Below, one piece after another: positions 9,729-20,744 of a stretch of DNA of 64,000 nucleotides. The notes below the pieces were generated by a model. It was not told the DNA's origin, made no database searches, and saw only the letters and a program-made list of their open reading frames with translations. Source of the stretch: an uncultured Alphaproteobacteria bacterium (GTDB lineage: Bacteria > Pseudomonadota > Alphaproteobacteria > Rhizobiales > Methylopilaceae); contig CAVZVY010000009.1 in NCBI GenBank assembly GCA_963778835.1, forward strand, positions 361,744 through 425,743, given 5' to 3'. Every line of letters starts with the position of its first letter. Within the stretch, counting starts at the first letter, position 1. The translations under genes were made by a program, and so were the position numbers.

Positions 9729-12700
9729 ATGCGAATTGTCTGGCTCTGCCTCGTTCCGATCCTCGGCTTGTCGCTGCCTTGCGCGGCGGCGGAGGACGTC
9801 AACGGCGTTGTCCAAGCTCTCAAGGACCAGATCAAGGCCGCCGAGGCGATAGTTGACCCGGCGCAGCGGCTCCGTTCGTTGGATCGCGCCCGCATGGTCT
9901 ACGAGGCGAAAAGCCGGACGGGGGCCGCGGATGCCCTCGCGGGCGCGGGCATAACCGCGGAAGCTCTCGCCGAGCGATCCATGGCGGCGAGGCTGAATCT
10001 CGTACGGGTGTCACGCGATCCCGCTGAGCGGAACTGGCACGAAACCGAGGCCGAGGCTCTCGCAGGCAGTCTGTCGTCCGAAAAGAAGCGGGCGGCCGCG
10101 CTTACCTCTATCGGTCGCGTCGTTGCCGAGAATGGCGACAGAGCGAGGGCCCGCGCGCTTCTGGAACGCGCTCTCGCCGACGCCGATCCGCAAAACGCAC
10201 CGGATTTGACGCAGCTGGCCGTCTCGATCGGCGGCTTGATGGACATCGATCTGTTGCATGCTGTCCGGGTTTCTCCGGACATCGCCGCGCGGGCGGCCTT
10301 GCTTCGAGGTGTGGCGCGGGCCGACGCCCAAGCCAAGAACGAAGCCCCGCTGCAGGACGAACTTCGCCAAGCGGTTGGAAGCGCATTCTCGCTGGAACGG
10401 CAGGAGGCGCTTGATCAAATCGTCGATGAATCCCTGATTCAGCGGCGGGCGGATTTCGCGGAACTCGCGATCATCGCGATGGAGGATCCAGATCGCCAGG
10501 ACCAAGCTTTATCGAGACTGATCGATGGCCTGGTTGCGCAGGGCAACACAATTCGTGCGCTGCAGATCGTGCGCGGCTTGACCGTGGTCGAGCGTCGGGC
10601 CCAGCGGTTCCGCGATCTTGCAATCACCTTCCACAAGGCCGGCTACAGGGCCTTGTCTGACGGCTGCTTCGAGGAGGCAATAGCCGCTGCCCGCGAAATG
10701 GGGCCGGACGCGACCGCCACGGTGGTCCGATCGCTGGCCAGTACTAAAAGGGAAACGCGGGCGCTCGCCGAAACTGCCTCGCTGACCGGAGCCGCCCGTT
10801 CCTATGCGCTAGCCGGCATTGCCCGTCGCCTCGCTGACGCGGGCAAGCTGGCAGAGGGCGTGGCGCTGCTGCCGGAACTCATTTCTGACAGCGATCGCTC
10901 CTTCGCGCTCAGTGGCATCTGGCGCGCCAAGGTCAAGGGCGCCGAACCGAAGGCGATCGAAGATGCGATCGCGGGTATGAGCGGCCCCGAGGATCGTGAC
11001 CGTGTCCGCATGGCCCTCATAGGGGAAGTCATCGATCGCCGGTCCTATTCGAAGGCGCTGGATGTCGCTGCGGCGGTCGACGACGTCGATCTGAAGCTGG
11101 AGGCCATCCTGGACGTCGGTGTCGAAGCCGGGAAGGAGCGGGCGCTTCCAATGGCTCGAGAGGCATTCGCGAAGGCTATAGAGGTCGTCAAACTGGGCGG
11201 CGAGGCGCAGCGTGACAAGCGTCTCGTTCAGATCGTGGCAGCGCAGTCCCGTCTCGGCGAAATCGAGGTAAGCAGCACCGTCGCGGCCCTGATTACCAAT
11301 CCCGAACAACAGGTCCGTGCCAAGTCGGAGATAGCCAAGGGCTTCGCCCGAGCCAAGAATTTCGCGAATGCATACCGCGCGGTCGACGACATCGGCGGCT
11401 CGGCGGTCCATGACGCGACTTTGGCTTCCGTTGCGCTTGAAGAGGCCAAGGGGTCGGAGGATCTGAGGCCGATCGTGGAACGGCTGCGCACGATCGGCGA
11501 TCACAACGAACGGCGCGCTGCGTTCAGAAGCCTGGCCGAGGCCGCTTCGAAGCGGCTCACAAATCAGAAGAGCACGGCCGAGACCAGCGCCGAAGCGCCG
11601 GTCGTCCGCGAGCCCGTCAGCTATATCGGCGGCGGTGTCGAGGTCTCGCATATCGCCGGCCAGCCCGTTCTGAAGCCGTATACCCCTCCCGCAGGCAACG
11701 TGTCGGTGCATGACATTCGTGCGCGGGTACCGTTGCCGCGAGACGGCCGGTTCGGCATCGGTCTTCTGCCGGACGAGGCGCAGTTCAAGCGCTTCAGAAA
11801 CGAGCGGCTGGTCAAGGAGGATGACGGCGACCTGCGGATCGCGACCAGCCTCGATCCGGCAATGTCCTCGCAAGGACTTCCGGCGGGCCGATATATCAAT
11901 GTCGCCCAAGGCGTTGTGACGATCTCGGACATTGCCCGCACGTTCCCGGACGATGTCCGCATCTCCGGCGACAACATTACGATCCGGATTCCGATCAACA
12001 TCGCGCGTGGCGCCACTCTGCTCATGCTCGGTGGCGATGCCAGGGAGTTCCGCCTGTCAGAAGAAGACGGCGCTTTCATCATGAATGGTGGACGGCTGTT
12101 TGTCGTCGACAGCGCCATCGTCGGCTGGAACATGGCGGCTAACGCACCGTCTTGGCGCAGCGACAAATACGGCAGCAAGACCTTCCGGCCTTTCATCGGC
12201 TCCTGGACCGCAAGCGACACCGTCGTCGCTGGCTCGCGCCTGACCGGGCTTGGCTACCAGATGACCAAAGCGTTCGGACTGACGATCACCACCGGTCCGC
12301 ACTATGGCCAGATCGACGCGATGTCCGAGCCAACCGGACAGATCGTCGACAACACGATCGAGAACCTCGAATACGGCTTCTACTCGTACGAGGGTCGCGA
12401 CATCGCGATCGTCGGCAACGAATTCCGCAATAACCTGGTCTACGCCGTCGACCCGCACGATCGGTCGCACCGGCTCATGATCGCGTACAACACGACCTAT
12501 GGATCGCTCGGCAAGCACGGGATCATCGTCTCGCGCGAAGTCGACCGCAGCTGGATCATTGGCAATGTCAGCTTCGCCAATGCGGGCTCGGGCATCATGC
12601 TCGAACGTGAGAGCGTCGGTAACGTCGTCTATGCGAATGCGTCGTTCGACAACGAGCAGGACGGCATCACCGTCTTCGAGAGTTCGTGCAACCTGATCCT

Positions 12701-13235
12701 GCGCAACGACATGTTCCGCAACAAGAGATCAGGCCTGAAGATCCGCAACAGCGCCGATATCGGCGTCTACCACAATGCGATCCGCCAGAACGCCCAGCGC
12801 GGGATCGAAGCCTATATCGCGGACCTCTCGGCCAATGCCGACAGCCAGGACCGTGACTTCTCGCTCGATCCGTATAGCCCGGTCACGACCTTCTCGGCCG
12901 GCTGGAACATCATCGGTAAGAACACGGTCGGCATTTCCATGGCGGGGGTCAGTGGAGCGGCGCTGATCGACAATTCGTTCCGGTTCGCCGGGCGCCGTCT
13001 TCTGGGCGGCGATGCCGAACGCGCCACCGGCGCTGTGCTCGCCGGCCGTTCATCACTGGTCGCGAGCCAGTGCCGTCCGAAACGCATCGCCTATACCTGC
13101 CCATTGCGGGAGCAGGGGCTGCTGACGGCCGAGCTCATGCCGGACTTCTCCGATCCGGATGCGACCAACGACTGCACCTCGATCTCGGGCACAGTTCAGT
13201 CGACCGCGTTCATCGCAAGCCGTGACGGGAGCTGA
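9729..13235 (+). CDS. algG: Fusion of a ~600-aa TPR-like helical repeat region with an AlgG-type periplasmic mannuronan C-5 epimerase
   Basis: Signal peptide MRIVWLCLVPILGLSLPCAAA after a GGGAGA RBS. C-terminal beta-helix with FRPF, YGFYSYE, VYAVDPHDRSHRL, KHGIIVSREV, DGITVFES, IRNS, LDPY, collinear with Pseudomonas AlgG. Confidence 0.88.
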   Translation: MRIVWLCLVPILGLSLPCAAAEDVNGVVQALKDQIKAAEAIVDPAQRLRSLDRARMVYEAKSRTGAADALAGAGITAEALAERSMAARLNLVRVSRDPAERNWHETEAEALAGSLSSEKKRAAALTSIGRVVAENGDRARARALLERALADADPQNAPDLTQLAVSIGGLMDIDLLHAVRVSPDIAARAALLRGVARADAQAKNEAPLQDELRQAVGSAFSLERQEALDQIVDESLIQRRADFAELAIIAMEDPDRQDQALSRLIDGLVAQGNTIRALQIVRGLTVVERRAQRFRDLAITFHKAGYRALSDGCFEEAIAAAREMGPDATATVVRSLASTKRETRALAETASLTGAARSYALAGIARRLADAGKLAEGVALLPELISDSDRSFALSGIWRAKVKGAEPKAIEDAIAGMSGPEDRDRVRMALIGEVIDRRSYSKALDVAAAVDDVDLKLEAILDVGVEAGKERALPMAREAFAKAIEVVKLGGEAQRDKRLVQIVAAQSRLGEIEVSSTVAALITNPEQQVRAKSEIAKGFARAKNFANAYRAVDDIGGSAVHDATLASVALEEAKGSEDLRPIVERLRTIGDHNERRAAFRSLAEAASKRLTNQKSTAETSAEAPVVREPVSYIGGGVEVSHIAGQPVLKPYTPPAGNVSVHDIRARVPLPRDGRFGIGLLPDEAQFKRFRNERLVKEDDGDLRIATSLDPAMSSQGLPAGRYINVAQGVVTISDIARTFPDDVRISGDNITIRIPINIARGATLLMLGGDAREFRLSEEDGAFIMNGGRLFVVDSAIVGWNMAANAPSWRSDKYGSKTFRPFIGSWTASDTVVAGSRLTGLGYQMTKAFGLTITTGPHYGQIDAMSEPTGQIVDNTIENLEYGFYSYEGRDIAIVGNEFRNNLVYAVDPHDRSHRLMIAYNTTYGSLGKHGIIVSREVDRSWIIGNVSFANAGSGIMLERESVGNVVYANASFDNEQDGITVFESSCNLILRNDMFRNKRSGLKIRNSADIGVYHNAIRQNAQRGIEAYIADLSANADSQDRDFSLDPYSPVTTFSAGWNIIGKNTVGISMAGVSGAALIDNSFRFAGRRLLGGDAERATGAVLAGRSSLVASQCRPKRIAYTCPLREQGLLTAELMPDFSDPDATNDCTSISGTVQSTAFIASRDGS

Positions 13236-13238
13236 GCC

Positions 13239-16128
13239 ATGACGTCCGGCCTTCGTACCAATTCCTTCCGGGCGCTTCGCACAGGTTTCATCCTTGGCGC
13301 TCTTGCCGTCGGGTCGATCACGGCGGCCATCGCCCAGCAACCGACGGCGGGTGATCTTTCTGCGCTCGAGCGCGCGATGGAACTGCGCTCCGGCGAAGCT
13401 CTGGCCCCGGGGAATCCACTGCGTCTGCCCGACCTCGTCAGGGCTCGGGCGATCCTCGTCGATGCGATGAGAGTGCCGGGTTCCGATCACGCACGGATTT
13501 CCACGCGAACTCGCGGAAATGATGATTGCAGGCGAGGGCGGCAGCCAGGACACTGTCGAGGCGAAACGCCTTCTGGACCTTGCGGTCTCTGCCGGCGATG
13601 GACGGGCGGCCCTGATCCGGGCTCGATTGGCGAAAAGCTCCGGCAGCGCCACCGCCGCCGACATCGAACGCGACCTGCGTTTGGCCATGCGTTCCGGTCT
13701 GTCCGATGCCTATTTCGACCTGGCCTCGCTGAAGGGTCCGTTGTCGAAAGAGGGAAGGGAAATCTCCGCTACCGGTATGAAACTGCTCGAGCGCGACATC
13801 GCCATGGGCAAGAGCGGCGCGATGTCCGAGTTGGGCGATGTGCTGGCGGATGCCTCATACGGCTACGCTGACGTCAAACAGGCCCGCGACTTTTTTGAGG
13901 CCGCTTATCAAAAGGGAGACAGCTCGGCTGCCCTTCGTCTCGCGCGGCTTTATTCCCGACCCAAGGGGCCGCTCTTCGATCCGAAAGCCGCCGCCGAATG
14001 GCTGCAGCGCGCCGCCGAAGCTGGATCTTTGCCCGCGGCAAGGCAACTGGCGATCGCCGGGATGTTCGGCGGGCCAGTCAGCGTTCGGCGGGATATCGGT
14101 CGCAATTGGCTAGACCGAGCGCTCCAGCTCGGCGATCCGCTGGCCCACCTTTACGATGCCACGGCGCGCGGGATCGAAAACCCGGCCGTGAACGGCGAGG
14201 CGGAACTCGCCACATTGCTCGCGGATCCGCAGATCGCCGGCGACGATCTCCTCAAATTGGGCGATGTGGTTGCGCGATCCGGCGCGCAGAATGCGGGCCG
14301 CTTCTCCATCGTGATCTATCGCGCGGCATCGGCGAGAGGTGGGCTGGAAGCAGAGCATCGTTTTGCCCGCGCTGTGCTCCGAGGCAATGAGTCGGCCACG
14401 GAGGCCGAGCGGGCGGAAGCTGCCGAAGCGCTCCAGCGCTCTGCCTCGAAGGGGCACGTCTCGGCCTCGCTTCTCCTGTCGCGCCGTTACCATATCGGCG
14501 ATGGAGCCGAACCGTCCTGGAACAAGGCGGTCGACGTTCTGCAAAACGCCGTGGATGCCCGCGGCGGCGACATGTCGGACGACCTGGCTCTCGGTCTGGC
14601 CAAGACTTTGATGTACGGCGATGCCGATGCTAGGCGGAAGGGGTTGTCGCTTTACGAGCAGGCGGCGTCTCGCGGCAACTCGGATGCGATGCTCGCGCTT
14701 GGCCAATTCTATGGCTCAGGCAGCGAGCCGGGCCGTGATCCGCTCCTGAGCCGTTACTGGCTCGAACTGGCGATCGACGCCGGCAATACTGATGCGGCGA
14801 CGGACCTCGTCCAAAATCTGTCGCAGTCGTACGATCCGAACGATCTGCGGGATGCGGCCGACCTCGCCGCCAAGCTCGGCCGGGCAGGCGATCCTCAGGG
14901 CTTCGGTGAGCTTCTGCATGCCTCCAACCTCCTGGATGACGCGAAACTCGCCAAGACCGTCGCCACTGCGGCGCTGGCCAAGGACCGCGTGGCGACGCTC
15001 GCGCTCATCGAAAGCCAATTGGTCAAGGACCGCGGGAAGCCGCTGAGCGACGCGACGCTGAAGTGGCTGACGGTGCTCGAAAAGGCTTCGGACCTCACGC
15101 CCGCGGACAGGATCTCTTTCGCGCGGATTATGGTCGAAGCCAACCGCTCCGATCTGATGGCCCGGATCGAAGCCGCGTTGGCTGGACTCTGGCGCGATAG
15201 TGCTGAGGCTCAATCTTGGCTTGGCACGGCGTACATCGCGGGGCTCGGCGGTGACGACAAGAAAGCCCTCGGCCGTCAGCTGCTTGATGATGCGGGGCGG
15301 CGCGGATGGGACGGGGCGCGAGTTCAGCTCGCTACGGCTCTGCTCGACGCCGGCGGGCAGGATTCCGGCAAGCAGGCCGCGGATCTGTTAAGGCCGCTCG
15401 TTCGGTCCGACTCTCCGCTTCGTATCAAGGCGACCTTCCTGCTCGGCCGCGCCTACGAACATGGTCTGGGAACTGGGCAAGATCTCGGTCGCGCGCGACA
15501 GTTCTACTCGGCGGCGGCGATCGACGGGTCCGTTCCGGCGATGACGAAGCTCGGGCTGCTCTATGCCAATGGTGGGCCGGGCATCGCGATCGACAATGAC
15601 CTCGCTTTGCAGTGGATGAGACGAGCCGCTGCCGGCTCCGACGCTGTCGCGATCATCCAGTATGCGCGGTTTTTGGCATCGAACGCCGCAGGCGGCGTCC
15701 GGAACGAAGACGCCTTCTCCCAATATCTCCGTGCCGCGCGATTGGGTTCGCCCGATGCGATGCTGCTGTTGGGCCGCACCTACCTCGCGGGAGCGGGTAC
15801 AGCTCGCAACAAGGAACAGGGCATCCGCTGGATGAAGGAGTCCGCGAAGGCGCAGAACTCCGAAGCCATGCTCGAACTCTACGAGCATGCTCGTCTCTCC
15901 GGCGCGTCTGCGGAAGCGGCAACCTGGCTCAAGAAGGCCGCTGAACTCGGCAATCTCGATGCGATGTATCGCCTGGGTCTGTCGCCGTTCGTGCAATCCA
16001 CGGCCTCGCTTTCCAAGGACGACGCACTTGCTTGGCTCCAGCGGGCCGGACAGGCCGGTCATCGCCCCTCGGAGAGGGCGCTCAGCGTGATCGTCAATAA
16101 CAAGCCTGAAGAGGAGGTCGACGAATGA
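13239..16128 (+). CDS. Large secreted Sel1-like repeat protein (~960 aa) with one frameshift near 13500
   Basis: Signal peptide in ORF 13239; the frame continues as RELAEMMIAGEGG in the frame of ORF 13519..16128. Many AxxxLGxxYxxGxG...D...AxxWxxxAA repeats. Confidence 0.8.
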
Positions 16129-18878
16129 GTGCTATCGGTCGTCTCGTCCTCGTCGTCTCTGCCCTGAGTGCGATCGCTACTCCGGTTGCGGCCGCCACGA
16201 CCGGCGAGACGTTTTCGGCGATCCTTCGTCCTGAATCGGACTTCAGCAAAGTTTGCAAGACGTCTCGGCCGGCTATGCAGGACCCGAGAGACTGGACCCA
16301 ATGGCAGGGCGAGCCGATCGATTCAGGGGTGATGCTGAATGCCGCCCGGCGCCTGATTTCCGGTGGCCTGGACGGCCGAACCGATGCGCCGACGGCGCGG
16401 CGGCTGCTCGACCACCTGGTGAACGGGCGCTCCGCTGTCGCCGCCGAAGCCGAGATCGTTCTGGCCAAGCTGCTGCTCGATCCGGAAGCGGGCCTTCTGG
16501 ACCAGGAGCGCGCGGTTGCGCTTCTACGAAGCTCGGCGCGCTCCGGCGAGACCAATGCGCTCCTGGAACTGGCACGGCTCCACGAGCGCGGCGAAGCCGT
16601 GGAGAAGTCCGCGGAGGCCGCGGCCGCCCTTTATCGCCGCGCTTTCCTCGGTGGCAGCGCAACGGCCGCGTTCCAATTGGTGCGCCTCTATGGCGAGGGC
16701 GAGGTGAAGCCACCGGCGCCAGATATTTCCGAACGCCTTGCGACCTCTGGCTTCGCGATGTTCGCCAACGAGCTGGCGCTTGGCGATTGCGCGACCCTGC
16801 GGCGAATTTCACAAGCCCTGGGCGACGAGAATTCGCCGCTGTACAACCCCGCGCTCGCTCGCCGGTGGCTCGAGGCCGGCGTGAGGGTTCGCGATCCCGA
16901 GGCCATCGTCTCTCTCGGCGAGATGTTCCTTGACGAAAATGGCGACGCTAGGGACCTGGCTCGTATTCTCGAAGCGCTTGACGCGATCCCTCCCTCGATC
17001 GGGGCAGCGAAGCTAAGGGTCGCAATTCTGCTTCGGCGCGGCGGCCCGAATGATTACGAGGCGGCGCTCCGCGTTCTTGGTCCGAGGGTAGGGGCCGGCG
17101 ATCCGCAAGCCATCAGCCTGAGCGCAAGCATCCTGTCGGGTGCGTTCGGAGGCTTGCCTCATCTCGATCGCAAGCGTCTTTTGCTCCAGCAGGCTGCCAA
17201 TCTCCCCGACCCTCACCCCGATCTCGTCGCCGACCTCGCCGTCATGGTGAGGATCGGTCTCGGCGGACCGGCAGACCCGGCGGAAGCCGAGCGACTGGTC
17301 GCAAGGGCAGCGGAACTCGGCCATCCGGGTTCGCTCCAGATCTTCGCCGGTAGAGGACACGAAGACGCGCTTGACGAACTTCGCCGCCAGGCGAGCCTGC
17401 AGGTCGTCGAAGCGCAGCGCAGCCTCGCGTCGCTGCATCTTTGCGGCCTAGGCGTGCCGATGGACCGCATCAAGGCGCGCGAACTACTCGAGGCCGCCGC
17501 GCCGCGTGATCCGATCAGCGCGCGCATGCTGGGTAACGAGCCGCGTCTCGTCCCGACCGAGCCTGAGCGGCAGCAATATCTGGAGCTTGCCGCGAACAGC
17601 GGCGATCGCTTGGCAATGGTCGATCTTGCCACCCTTCTTCTTTCCCATCGCAGTGTGCCGGACACCGAAACCGCCACGCATTGGGAAGAGACGGCATTGC
17701 GGCCCGGAGCGGGGCAGCCGAAGGCCGCCGCATATCTCGCGGCGCTGCAGTTGAGCCAATCGGATGCCGGGCCGGATCGTGACCAGGCGCTAGCGGGCTT
17801 GAAGGCGCTCGCGGATCTCGGCGAACCAGTCGCCGCGACGAAGCTTGGTCGCGCCCTCCTCAAGAGCGGTGCGGTGCAGGACGGCGTGACGTTGCTGCGT
17901 TATGCGGCCGAGCAGGGTCAGCCGGAAGCCATGCTTGCGCTCGGCACGATGGAAGGGCCTCCGGCCGGCATCGACCAGATGGCCACGCTGACCCGCGCCA
18001 TGGATGCCGGCGAGGGCAAAGCGAGGATTCAGCTCGTCGCGCTCGCCAACGGTCGGGAGGATGCGCAAGCATTGCTTGCGACGTTGAACGATGGTGGCGT
18101 GTGCAGAGCTGCCGACATGGTTGGGGTGGCCCGAGTCCTGGCCGACAACAAAACCAAGGCATTCGACGCTCAGGCGGCGAGCGAGCTTTTCGCCCGCGCC
18201 GAAGCGATCGGCGCCGGTGATCCGGAGGCTGAATTCGCGCTTGGGCTCGCTGCTCGCGACAGCGTTTACGGACAGGTCTCGGATGCGAGGATTCGTCTGC
18301 AGGCCGCTTACGAGGCGGGGCACCCCTCCGCGGCGCTTGAACTCGGCCGGATGTTGGTCGGGGGCGGCGAACCGGCGCTGAAAGACGCCGTGGCGTGGTA
18401 TGGCAAAGCCTACGACCGCGGTCGCAGAAGCGCACCGGTCGAGCTGATCCGAACGCTGACGAATGGTGAAGCGGCCGGATCGAAGCCTTTCACGACCGCC
18501 GTTGAGCTCTTGCAGCGCGCTGCCGATGACGGCCGTGCCGACGCCATGCGTCAGCTGGCTTTGATCTATGAGCGCGGGCAGGGCGTGGCGATGGACACCG
18601 ATCGCAGCCGCGATCTCCTGCGCCGTGCAGCCGATGCCGGAAACACGGCTGCCATGCGCGATCTTGCGAGTGTCTACAGCGCGGGGCTGGGCGTGCCCAT
18701 GTCCCTGAGCGAGAGCACGAAATGGCTTAAGCGCGCTGCGGAGAACGGCGACGTGAAGGCGATGCGGGAGCTTGCCTCGGCGCTTCGTGTCGGTCTCGGC
18801 GTCGACAAGGACCTTGCCGCAGCAGACCGGTGGCTCGCCGCCTCCAAATCCGCGTCCGTGAGGAGTACACAGCCATGA
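16125..18878 (+). CDS. Large secreted Sel1-like repeat protein (917 aa)
   Basis: Signal peptide, Sel1 repeats (e.g. AMRQLALIYERGQGVAMD), ATGA overlap with the upstream gene and a GAGGAGG RBS. Confidence 0.85.
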   Translation: MSAIGRLVLVVSALSAIATPVAAATTGETFSAILRPESDFSKVCKTSRPAMQDPRDWTQWQGEPIDSGVMLNAARRLISGGLDGRTDAPTARRLLDHLVNGRSAVAAEAEIVLAKLLLDPEAGLLDQERAVALLRSSARSGETNALLELARLHERGEAVEKSAEAAAALYRRAFLGGSATAAFQLVRLYGEGEVKPPAPDISERLATSGFAMFANELALGDCATLRRISQALGDENSPLYNPALARRWLEAGVRVRDPEAIVSLGEMFLDENGDARDLARILEALDAIPPSIGAAKLRVAILLRRGGPNDYEAALRVLGPRVGAGDPQAISLSASILSGAFGGLPHLDRKRLLLQQAANLPDPHPDLVADLAVMVRIGLGGPADPAEAERLVARAAELGHPGSLQIFAGRGHEDALDELRRQASLQVVEAQRSLASLHLCGLGVPMDRIKARELLEAAAPRDPISARMLGNEPRLVPTEPERQQYLELAANSGDRLAMVDLATLLLSHRSVPDTETATHWEETALRPGAGQPKAAAYLAALQLSQSDAGPDRDQALAGLKALADLGEPVAATKLGRALLKSGAVQDGVTLLRYAAEQGQPEAMLALGTMEGPPAGIDQMATLTRAMDAGEGKARIQLVALANGREDAQALLATLNDGGVCRAADMVGVARVLADNKTKAFDAQAASELFARAEAIGAGDPEAEFALGLAARDSVYGQVSDARIRLQAAYEAGHPSAALELGRMLVGGGEPALKDAVAWYGKAYDRGRRSAPVELIRTLTNGEAAGSKPFTTAVELLQRAADDGRADAMRQLALIYERGQGVAMDTDRSRDLLRRAADAGNTAAMRDLASVYSAGLGVPMSLSESTKWLKRAAENGDVKAMRELASALRVGLGVDKDLAAADRWLAASKSASVRSTQP

Positions 18879-20336
18879 CGCCGTTGCGCATCGCTGCACT
18901 CGGCTTCACCGCCGCTTCTTTCCTGTTCGCCGAACCGGCATCGGCCTTCGTCCGGACGCCAATTCCGCCAACGCCTGCCGTCCTGATCAAGATCCAGGCC
19001 CCGAGTTCTGGCTCCCACGCTGGCCGTTCCGACGCGCAAGAAGGTTAGGGTACCCAGAACGGCCAAGACCGCGAAGTCCGCCAAGCGGGCGAAGAGGATA
19101 GCGCCGACGGTCACGAGCCCGGTTCAGGCCGCCGCCTGCATTCCGGCCCGCTTGCGTCCGGGAACCGGACGCAAGGCCACACTCGCCTCCGTCGGCACCA
19201 GGGACCGCGCGGCGATCGGCACCTATGTCAAAGGTCTGACGCGCATCTATTGCGAAGGGCGCGATGATGACGTCGCCTGGGGCCTGATCGAGAGTTCGGC
19301 GCTCGCCAAATACCGCCCCGCGGTTCGTCTCCTGGCCTCCGAAGTCGCCGCCCGGCCGGAATTGGCCGCGCCGAAGTCGAAGGCGTACATCGCGATGTTC
19401 GAGAGTGAGGCGCGGAAGAAAGCGGCCGGTCCGATGGTCGCTCTCGGCGTGCTTTACGAACGGGGAATAGGCGTTCCCGCCGATCAGGCCAGGGCACTCC
19501 GCTGGTTTGAGCAGGCGGCCGCGAACAAGAACAAGCGGGGGCTGCAACGTCTGGCGATCGCATATGCGACCGGACTTGGAAAATCCGCCGATATTGAGCG
19601 GGCCAAAAAACAGCTGGCGGCGATGAAGGATCCCGGCGCGGCGGCGCAGGCGACGGCCGAGATCGTCGTGCGGCTCGCGGACCGCCCAAATCCCGACACG
19701 GCGACGATTGCCCAGTGGAGTGCATTCGGCTCGAAGACCTATCCCACATTCGCGATGGAGGCCGACCGCGCCTTTGGCGCTCAGATGCGACGATTGGAGG
19801 GAACGAACCGGGAAGCGGCGTTCCTGGCCACGGCCACCCGGGCCGAACTCCCCGCCGCATTGCTGCGTAGCGCACGTGAACTCCTCGTATCGGCGGAGCC
19901 GGCGGCATCGGCCAAGGCCATCGAATATCTCAAGTCGGCGGCGCTGCAGGGAGACAAGGAGGCGCCGCGTCAACTGGCGCAACTGATTGGCGATCCAACA
20001 GCTCCCGACCTCAACGCCAGCGCTCTCGCGGCGCTGAAAGCGGCCTCGGATGCCAAGAAGGTACCGGCCATGCTGGCCTACGCCTCCGTGCTCAACCAGC
20101 CGGCGCAGGGCAGCGGCTCATCCGACGCCGCGGTCGCCGTTCTCAGGAATGCCGCCGCAGCGAACGATGCCGACGCCCAGCAGCGTCTAGCCATAACCTA
20201 TCTCCTGAAACGCGATGCGCCGGGAGACGTTCGCGCGGCAGCCGATCTTCTCAAGCGCGCAACCAAGAACGGAAGCGCCGTCTCGGCCCTCGTCCGGACT
20301 GATGCCGGTTCTGCCGTTCCCCAGCCCACGAGGTGA
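18875..20336 (+). CDS. Secreted Sel1-like repeat protein (~485 aa) with a frameshift near 19000-19030
   Basis: ATGA overlap and signal peptide MTPLRIAALGFTAASFLFAEPASA. A basic linker leads into the frame of ORF 19152..20336 (ALGVLYERGIGVPADQARALRWFEQAA). Confidence 0.75.
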
Positions 20337-20340
20337 TGCC

Positions 20341-20730
20341 ATGTCGATTCTTCGCCTAGCCGTCCCCTTCGCCCTGATCACGCTGTCGGCCATGCCCGCC
20401 GCCGCGCAATCGACGTCGCTGGACCAGACTGCCTTCCAATGGATCCCGAGCCAGATGGGTCCGTGCATGCTCATCGCCGGACGCGGAAGAAGCGAGCCGT
20501 TGATCAACGAGACAAGCGCCGGCGTCCGCTACACGTTCGGAGCCGACAATGGTCGGACCTGTCCCCCTACCTACACGGACGCTAAGGGGCCGGTCGAAAT
20601 TCGGCGCATCGCCGAAATGAGGTTCGGCCCGTCCTCGCTGCGCGTCAGGCTCGTCAGCGGCCGCTGGTACATCCTGCTGCGCGATCGGCCGAACGTGTAT
20701 CAGATCCGCCAAGTCGCGGGTGCCAATTGA
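20341..20730 (+). CDS. Small secreted hypothetical protein (129 aa, two Cys)
   Basis: GAGGTG RBS, signal peptide MSILRLAVPFALITLSAMPAAA, tightly packed in the operon. Confidence 0.7.
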   Translation: MSILRLAVPFALITLSAMPAAAQSTSLDQTAFQWIPSQMGPCMLIAGRGRSEPLINETSAGVRYTFGADNGRTCPPTYTDAKGPVEIRRIAEMRFGPSSLRVRLVSGRWYILLRDRPNVYQIRQVAGAN

Positions 20731-20744
20731 AGGAGCCCGCAAAG

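Noticed and set aside
9729-9800. Lipoprotein signal as in AlgK
   Set aside because: LSLPC does not fit the lipobox consensus; an AxA signal peptidase I site follows
13239-13871. Separate 210-aa gene or programmed frameshift ahead of the first Sel1 protein
   Set aside because: The sequence after ~13500 is nonsense in this frame, there is no evident slippery site, and indel errors are common in this assembly
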